A stretch of 34,914 nt of DNA, taken from Spirochaetales bacterium. Lineage in GTDB: Bacteria; Spirochaetota; Spirochaetia; DTKZ01. The DNA is taken from positions 1-34,914 of the forward strand of contig JAITGB010000182.1 of assembly GCA_031280945.1 (NCBI GenBank), given 5' to 3'. The translations under genes were made by a program, and so were the position numbers. Below the pieces are notes generated by a model. That model searched no databases. It was not told the origin of the DNA and worked only from the letters and a program-made list of their open reading frames with translations. The number at the start of each line of letters is the position of its first letter. The stretch's first letter is position 1. Positions 30,172 through 34,914 of the stretch are shown one piece after another.

Positions 30172-30558
30172 TTACTGAACTTCAACTTTTGCACCGGCAT
30201 CTTCAAGAGCTTTCTTGATGCTGGCAGATTCGTCCTTTGAAGCGTTTTCTTTTACAACGCCGAGGCCCTCAACGAGGTCCTTCGCTTCCTTGAGCCCCAG
30301 GCCCGGAACAACGGCGCGAACAGCTTTGATGACTTCGATTTTCTTCTCGCCCACGGCGGCAATTTTAACCGTGAACTCGGTCTTCTCCTCGGCGGCCTCT
30401 GCGGGAGCCGCGGCTCCGCCGGCCACGGCAGCAACGGCTACGGGAGCCGCGGCTGTAACGCCGAACTTCTCTTCCATCATCTTGACCAGCTCGGATACTT
30501 CAAGAACAGTCATCCCCGCAATAGCATCAAGAACTTCTTCTTTACTCAGTGTTGCCAT
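30172..30558 (-). CDS. rplL: 50S ribosomal protein L7/L12
   Basis: [34 protein letters not shown], an Ala-rich hinge, then [25 protein letters not shown]. Confidence 0.99.
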   Translation of the reverse strand: MATLSKEEVLDAIAGMTVLEVSELVKMMEEKFGVTAAAPVAVAAVAGGAAAPAEAAEEKTEFTVKIAAVGEKKIEVIKAVRAVVPGLGLKEAKDLVEGLGVVKENASKDESASIKKALEDAGAKVEVQ

Positions 30559-30656
30559 ATTATCTTCTCCTTACGTTCAATATGCCGGGCAGGGATAGCG
30601 TGCAACACACACGAAGGCTAACCCCGCCTCGTTTTAAGAAGGCCGCCACGCGGCCC

Positions 30657-31193
30657 TTATTCCTGTTTCTTTTTGTCCGCAACCGCCGCAAGCGTGCGAA
30701 CAAGTTTACTCGTTACCCCGTTCATCGCGTACACCAAATTCTGCAGGGGCGCGTTCATTGTGCCCATGAGTTTGGATATGAGCTCCGCGCGGGAGGGCAG
30801 CCGCGAGAAAGCCTCCATTTGCTTGCCGTCGAAAACCTGTCCGTCCAAAAGGCCGCCCTTGATTTTGACGGTAGTCTCCTTCGCAAAGTCAAGAAGAGAC
30901 TTTGCTACCTGGCTCGCCTCGTCCTGGGTGAGGGCTATGGCCGTGGGCCCTACAAGGTACTGCGAAACATCGGGCCGCGAAAGCTCCTTGAAGGCTATGT
31001 TCGCAAAGTTGTTTTTTACAACCTTGTACTCGGCGCCGAATTTTCTGAGCGCTCCGCGCAGGTTCGTAATCTGTTCAACAGTGAGCCCCCGGTAATCGGT
31101 GAAGATATAGCCGGAAAAACCGCCAAACTTTTCTTTTAGCTGCCCTACGGCTTCGACCTTATAGGGTTGTGGTTTTGTTACGTGTTCAGCCAT
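30657..31193 (-). CDS. rplJ: 50S ribosomal protein L10
   Basis: 178 aa, FTDYRGLTVEQITNLRGALRKFGAEYKVVKNN, positioned between rplA and rplL. Confidence 0.97.
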   Translation of the reverse strand: MAEHVTKPQPYKVEAVGQLKEKFGGFSGYIFTDYRGLTVEQITNLRGALRKFGAEYKVVKNNFANIAFKELSRPDVSQYLVGPTAIALTQDEASQVAKSLLDFAKETTVKIKGGLLDGQVFDGKQMEAFSRLPSRAELISKLMGTMNAPLQNLVYAMNGVTSKLVRTLAAVADKKKQE

Positions 31194-31196
31194 TGC

Positions 31197-31874
31197 CTAC
31201 TCCTGTTCCCGGGAAATCCGCACGCCGGGCCCCATAGTTGAAGAAACATACACCGATTTGATGAAATTCCCCTTGGCGTCCGCGGGGCGTTTTCTCTCAA
31301 TATCCTGAAGAACCGCGGTGATGTTTTCCGCCATGTCCTTCGCTTCCATTGATACTTTGCCCACCGCAAGATGAACCGAACCTGTTTTGTCGGAGCGGTA
31401 TTCAACGCGGCCCTTTTTCAGCTCACCCACAGCCGCCTTGATGTCGAAGGTTACGGTCTGCGTCTTGGGGTTCGGCATAAGGCCTCTCCTGCCCAAAATC
31501 TGACCCAGACGGCCAACGTCCTTCATCATATCGGGGGTAGCTACGGCTACATCAAAATCAAGCCAGCCGCCTTTGATTTTTTCGATAAGCTCATCGTCCC
31601 CAACGTAGGTGGCTCCGGCCTGCTTCGCTTCTTCCACTTTATCGCCCTTCGCAAAGACAAGAATCTTTTTTTCGCCCTTGAACTGATACGGCAAAACAAG
31701 GGTATCGCGGACAGTTTGGCTCTTTTTAAGGGCCACATTAACGGAAACGTCCACAGTTTCGTCAAATTTGGCGAAAGCGGTCTCTTTCACCATGCCCACG
31801 GCCTTTTCCGCCGAATAGGACTGCTTGAAGTCGAATTTTTTTACGGCTTCGGCGTATTTCTTGCCCCGCTTCAT
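31197..31874 (-). CDS. rplA: 50S ribosomal protein L1
   Basis: [15 protein letters not shown]... [31 protein letters not shown]. Its ATG overlaps the rplK stop (ATGA). Confidence 0.98.
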   Translation of the reverse strand: MKRGKKYAEAVKKFDFKQSYSAEKAVGMVKETAFAKFDETVDVSVNVALKKSQTVRDTLVLPYQFKGEKKILVFAKGDKVEEAKQAGATYVGDDELIEKIKGGWLDFDVAVATPDMMKDVGRLGQILGRRGLMPNPKTQTVTFDIKAAVGELKKGRVEYRSDKTGSVHLAVGKVSMEAKDMAENITAVLQDIERKRPADAKGNFIKSVYVSSTMGPGVRISREQE

Positions 31875-32308
31875 GATGCGGCCTCCACTTCAACGCCCAT
31901 ACTCCGGGCCGTACCTGCGATAATTTTCATCGCGGCATCAACATCGTTGGCGTTGAGGTCGGGCAGCTTGGTCTGCGCTATTTCGCGGAGCTTGTCCCGC
32001 GAAAGTTTTCCAACCTTAACCTTGTGCGGCTCCGCCGAGGCGGTTTCCAGCCCCAGGGCCTTTTTGATGAGTACCGATGCGGGAGGCGTTTTTGTGATAA
32101 ACGAAAACGTTTTGTCCGCGTACACGGTAATGACGACCGGCAGGATAAGTCCGGGTTCCACGCTTTTCGTGGCGTCATTGAACTGCTGCACAAACTGCGG
32201 GGCGGAAACCCCGTGGGGCCCCAGGGCCGGGCCTATGGGCGGCGCGGGCGTCGCCTTGCCGGCAGGGCACTGCAGTTTGATAATGGTGGCAATCTTCTTT
32301 TTTGCCAT
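31871..32308 (-). CDS. rplK: 50S ribosomal protein L11
   Basis: [34 protein letters not shown]... ATG at 32308 with an AAAGGAG SD; the track start at 32353 is an over-extension. Confidence 0.97.
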   Translation of the reverse strand: MAKKKIATIIKLQCPAGKATPAPPIGPALGPHGVSAPQFVQQFNDATKSVEPGLILPVVITVYADKTFSFITKTPPASVLIKKALGLETASAEPHKVKVGKLSRDKLREIAQTKLPDLNANDVDAAMKIIAGTARSMGVEVEAAS

Positions 32309-32391
32309 GCAAACTCCTTTGTGGTGCAAACGTCCGTAAGGACTCCCACGCATGGGCGAAACCGCTTAAGGGCAGTTTCGCCGCGACACAA

Positions 32392-32946
32392 CTATATCTT
32401 CTCCACCTGGAGAAAATCGACTTCCACGGGCGTTGCCCGGCCAAAAATCCCTACCATGACCCTGAGCTTCGCTTTTTCCATATTGACATCCTCAACCGTA
32501 CCGGTAAAGGAATCGAAAGGGCCTTCCACAATGCGGACATTCTCTCCGATGGAGAAAGTCTGCCGGGGTTTGAGTACCTTCTCGCCCTTGATTTCCCCTG
32601 TTTTTTGCAGAATGGTACGGGCTTCCTCCGCTGTAATGGGCTGGGGTTTGCGGTCTGCCGGAACGCCGACAAAACCCGTTACCCCATCAATGCGCCGGAT
32701 AAAAGAACATACAGGCTTCCAGCCCGCATCAGGAAGGTCCATTTCCAGAAGGATGTATCCGGGCAGGAATTTCTTCTTCGTAACCCTCTTTTTGCCGTCC
32801 TTTACCTCGGCAACCTGCTCCTCCGGTACTTTGATATCGAAGATGAATTCCGTAAGTTTTTCATCCTGAATCAGCCTGCGGATGGCTTTTTCGATTTTGT
32901 TCTCGTATCCTGAGTATGTGTGAAGTACATACCACGCTTTTGCCAT
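32392..32946 (-). CDS. nusG: transcription termination/antitermination factor NusG
   Basis: MAKAWYVLHTYSGYENKIEKAI... plus the KOW segment GENVRIVEGPFDSFTGTVEDVNMEKAKLRVMVGIFGR. Confidence 0.98.
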   Translation of the reverse strand: MAKAWYVLHTYSGYENKIEKAIRRLIQDEKLTEFIFDIKVPEEQVAEVKDGKKRVTKKKFLPGYILLEMDLPDAGWKPVCSFIRRIDGVTGFVGVPADRKPQPITAEEARTILQKTGEIKGEKVLKPRQTFSIGENVRIVEGPFDSFTGTVEDVNMEKAKLRVMVGIFGRATPVEVDFLQVEKI

Positions 32947-32958
32947 GTTCTTCCTTTA

Positions 32959-33138
32959 CTAAAACAGGAGGTCAATCCCCTTAAAAATGATAAAATCCAC
33001 GATTCCCAAAACAGCCGCGAACAAAACAGTCGAAACAAGCACAACCCGCGTAGAGGCTGTAACTTCCTCCCGCGAGGGCCATACGACTTTTTTCATCTCT
33101 CCTATACTATCCTGAACGAAACGCACAATTCTGTTCAT
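32959..33138 (-). CDS. secE: preprotein translocase subunit SecE
   Basis: 59 aa, MNRIVRFVQDSIGEMKKVVWPSREEV, plus one TM segment. ATG at 33138; the track start at 33201 would run through tRNA-Trp. Confidence 0.93.
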   Translation of the reverse strand: MNRIVRFVQDSIGEMKKVVWPSREEVTASTRVVLVSTVLFAAVLGIVDFIIFKGIDLLF

Positions 33139-33171
33139 GGTTGGCTCCTTACAAAAGTTCCCCAAGAAATA

Positions 33172-33244
33172 CAGGCCAGGAAGGATTTGAACCCTCAACA
33201 TCCGGTTTTGGAGACCGGCGCTCTACCATTGGAGCTACTGGCCT
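33172..33244 (-). tRNA. tRNA-Trp (anticodon CCA)
   Basis: Manual cloverleaf: AGGCCAG TA GCTC CAATGGTA GAGC G CCGGT CTCCAAA ACCGG ATGTT GAGGG TTCAAAT CCTTC CTGGCCT G. CCA is not encoded. Confidence 0.93.
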
Positions 33245-33260
33245 ATATTATAGAAAACAC

Positions 33261-33434
33261 TTATTTGACTTTCGCTTCTTTATGAAGGGTATGTTTTTTG
33301 TCGAATTTACAGTACTTCTTCAATTCCAGCTTGCTCTGGACATTCTTGCGGTTCTTCTGCGTAGTATAGTTTTTGCGCTTACATTCCGAACATTGCAACG
33401 CTATAAGTTCAACGCTCTTGTTTTTTGCGGCCAT
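33261..33434 (-). CDS. rpmG: 50S ribosomal protein L33
   Basis: Not in the track (57 aa). My translation is [57 protein letters not shown]. Confidence 0.94.
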   Translation of the reverse strand: MAAKNKSVELIALQCSECKRKNYTTQKNRKNVQSKLELKKYCKFDKKHTLHKEAKVK

Positions 33435-33501
33435 GGGACAAACTCCTTCCTCAATTTACAGAAGTGTAAATATACTTACCTTCAAAAAAAAAGTCAACGG
33501 C

Positions 33502-33574
33502 AGCCTCCGATCGGATTTGAACCGATGACCCCCACCTTACCATGGTGGTGCTCTACCGGCTGAGCTACAGAGGC
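33502..33574 (-). tRNA. tRNA-Thr (anticodon GGU)
   Basis: Manual cloverleaf: GCCTCTG TA GCTC AGCCGGTA GAGC A CCACC ATGGTAA GGTGG GGGTC ATCGG TTCAAAT CCGAT CGGAGGC T. There is one G-U pair in the acceptor stem, and CCA is not encoded. Confidence 0.92.
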
Positions 33575-33591
33575 AGATAAAAAACCGTTTA

Positions 33592-33620
33592 ATTGTACCT
33601 TGTTTGGGGAAAAGTGTCAA
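33592..33620 (-). promoter_or_regulatory. strong candidate promoter for tRNA-Thr / rpmG / secE-nusG transcription
   Basis: Minus strand: GCTCTTGACAC with TTGACA at 33620-33615, exactly 17 nt, then TACAAT at 33597-33592, about 18 nt upstream of the mature tRNA 5' end. Confidence 0.7.
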
Positions 33621-33665
33621 GAGCACAAATTCCGGGGGATACAGGGCCAGCTCATATAAACTTTT

Positions 33666-33770
33666 GGGGCGCATTTTTTGCCGCTGTACGGCAAAAAACC
33701 GGGCTATCCGCTCCAATTCCTCGGAATTGCTCCGCAATTCCTGCGGGATTTCCGCTTCTATCCCTTGCGC
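33666..33770 (+). repeat. structured intergenic repeat, copy 4 (short subfamily)
   Basis: GGGGCGCA, then TTTTTTGCCG-CTGTA-CGGCAAAAAA, then CCGGGCTATCCGCTCCAATTCC, then GGAATTGC-TCC-GCAATTCC, then GGATTTCCGCTTCTATCC and CTTGCGC. Confidence 0.9.
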
Positions 33771-33950
33771 GGACGGGGGCTCCGCCCCTGAACCCCCGCC
33801 GGGAGGCCGAAAGGCCCCCCCAGACCCCCACAAAAAGTTTATATGCGCTCGCCCTGTTGCCTCATGAAAAATGTTACCGAAAAAGGCGAATGCCTCAAAT
33901 AGAAAATGTTACCCAAATTAAAGTAAGGACGCCTGAAGGAGGGAGTCCTG

Positions 33951-34652
33951 ATGGGGTTAACAATGAGAGAAAAACAGGCGGTAACAAGGGAATATAAGCC
34001 CCGTTACCAAAAAGCGACAAAAAAAGAAAAGGGGGCTTTGCTTGAGGAATTCCTCAGGCTCACCGGCTGCCACCGCAAATCAGCGGTCAGGCTGCTTGCC
34101 GCCAGGCAGCCAAAACAGCTCATGCTCTACGGGAAGGGCAGGGCAGTGAAAATCAAGCCCGAAAAAAAGCGGTCCTCAAACCGTAAGGGTAAGCGGGTCT
34201 ACACCGATGAGCTCATAGGCTGCCCGCGTCTAGCCTGGACATTCTTCTGGTACAAATGGACTTTCCAGGCCTTATCGGACCTGAAAACTTCCTGCCTCCT
34301 GCCCATACGGGAGTTTCACAGCGATAACGGCTCGCGGTTCATCAACAACGCCACAGAAATCTGGCGCAAACACGAACGCCTGTCTTTTACCCGCAGCCGT
34401 GACCATAAAAAGAATGACAACCTTAACTTCTTCATGCCTATCCAAAAGCTCACAAGCAAAACAAGAGTCGGCTCCAAAGAAATCAAAGTCTATGACAAGC
34501 CGCGCGGTCCCTTCCAACGGCTCAGTGAGTCGCGGGAAATGTCCCAAAAGTTCAAAGACGCACTCGCCACTCATTGCGCACTTTACAATCGGGTCCACTA
34601 TAAACATTTCTATTTGAGGCATCTCGCAAAACGCAAAAATGCCCAGGGATAG
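33951..34652 (+). pseudogene. relic of an integrase-core (rve/DDE) transposase, apparently internally deleted but still an open 233-codon frame
   Basis: It has an N-terminal HTH-like LLEEFLRLTGCHRKSAVRLL and a single rve-like REFHSDNGSRFINNA block. It is only 233 aa, and I see no upstream catalytic Asp region or downstream Glu block. GGAGGGAG SD before the ATG. Confidence 0.6.
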
Positions 34653-34747
34653 CGCACTATGTATGCTAAATTAGGAGTCATGGTAAGGGGCAGTGATATT
34701 TGCCTCCACTACAAAAAATTAAATTGCGTGAAGCGCAAAGAGCCCGT

Positions 34748-34914
34748 GGGGCGCAAGGGTTTTGCTCCGATTTTATCGGTTCGCTGAAGCGAACCGCAGT
34801 GTCGCAAAACCAGTGGATAGAAGCGGAAATCCTTGCGGATTTTGCGAAGCAAAATCCGCTGGATTGGAGCGGATAGCCCGGTTTTTTGCCTTGCGGATTT
34901 TGCGGAGCAAAATC
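34748..34914 (-). repeat. structured intergenic repeat, copy 5 (long subfamily), 5' part cut by window end
   Basis: The reverse complement reads ...GCAAAATCCGCAAGGCAAAAAA, CCGGGCTATCCGCTCCAATCC, GCGGATTTTGC-TTC-GCAAAATCCGC, GGATTTCCGCTTCTATCC. An insert follows with GGTTTTGC...GGTTCGC-TTCA-GCGAACC...GCAAAACC, and then CTTGCGCCCC. Confidence 0.85.

Noticed and set aside
32309-32391. Possible L1-binding leader upstream of rplK (hairpin GGCGAAAC..GTTTCGCC followed by GGGAG...GGAC)
   Set aside because: It is only a loose resemblance to the L1 mRNA/23S mimic. I cannot verify the motif without a covariance-model search, so it is not reported as a feature.

Overview
About 29 of the 35 kb is the conserved transcription/translation core, all on the minus strand. 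Its order is tRNA-Thr(GGU), rpmG, tRNA-Trp, secE, nusG, rplK-rplA-rplJ-rplL, rpoB, rpoC, then rpsL-rpsG, tuf, and an uninterrupted S10-spc-alpha cluster from rpsJ to rplQ (secY is followed directly by rpmJ; no adk/map/infA). As far as I recall this resembles a spirochaete-type layout; that is an inference and no search was possible. Three things fall outside the core. (1) The left end has a 5'-truncated possible VWA-like ORF convergent with a 923-aa two-TM protein that carries a 132-bp acidic tandem repeat. (2) A plus-strand Fur-family (PerR-like) regulator plus reverse-rubrerythrin module sits between rpoC and rpsL. (3) The right end has a short integrase-core transposase relic. The most interesting signal is a family of five intergenic, hairpin-rich repeats of about 105-165 nt (4256, 20557, 22089, 33666, 34748). 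Their single-stranded blocks are nearly invariant, while the stems differ in sequence between copies but stay complementary. Inverted, inward-pointing pairs of this element bracket both the perR-rbr module and the transposase relic. I cannot assign it to a family I know; it is either a structured small RNA or a REP/MITE-like mobile DNA hairpin element. The rest of the window is ordinary. The track marks GTG/TTG starts as M, and several of its ORF starts are upstream over-extensions, so I re-called those starts from homology-typical N-termini and Shine-Dalgarno spacing.
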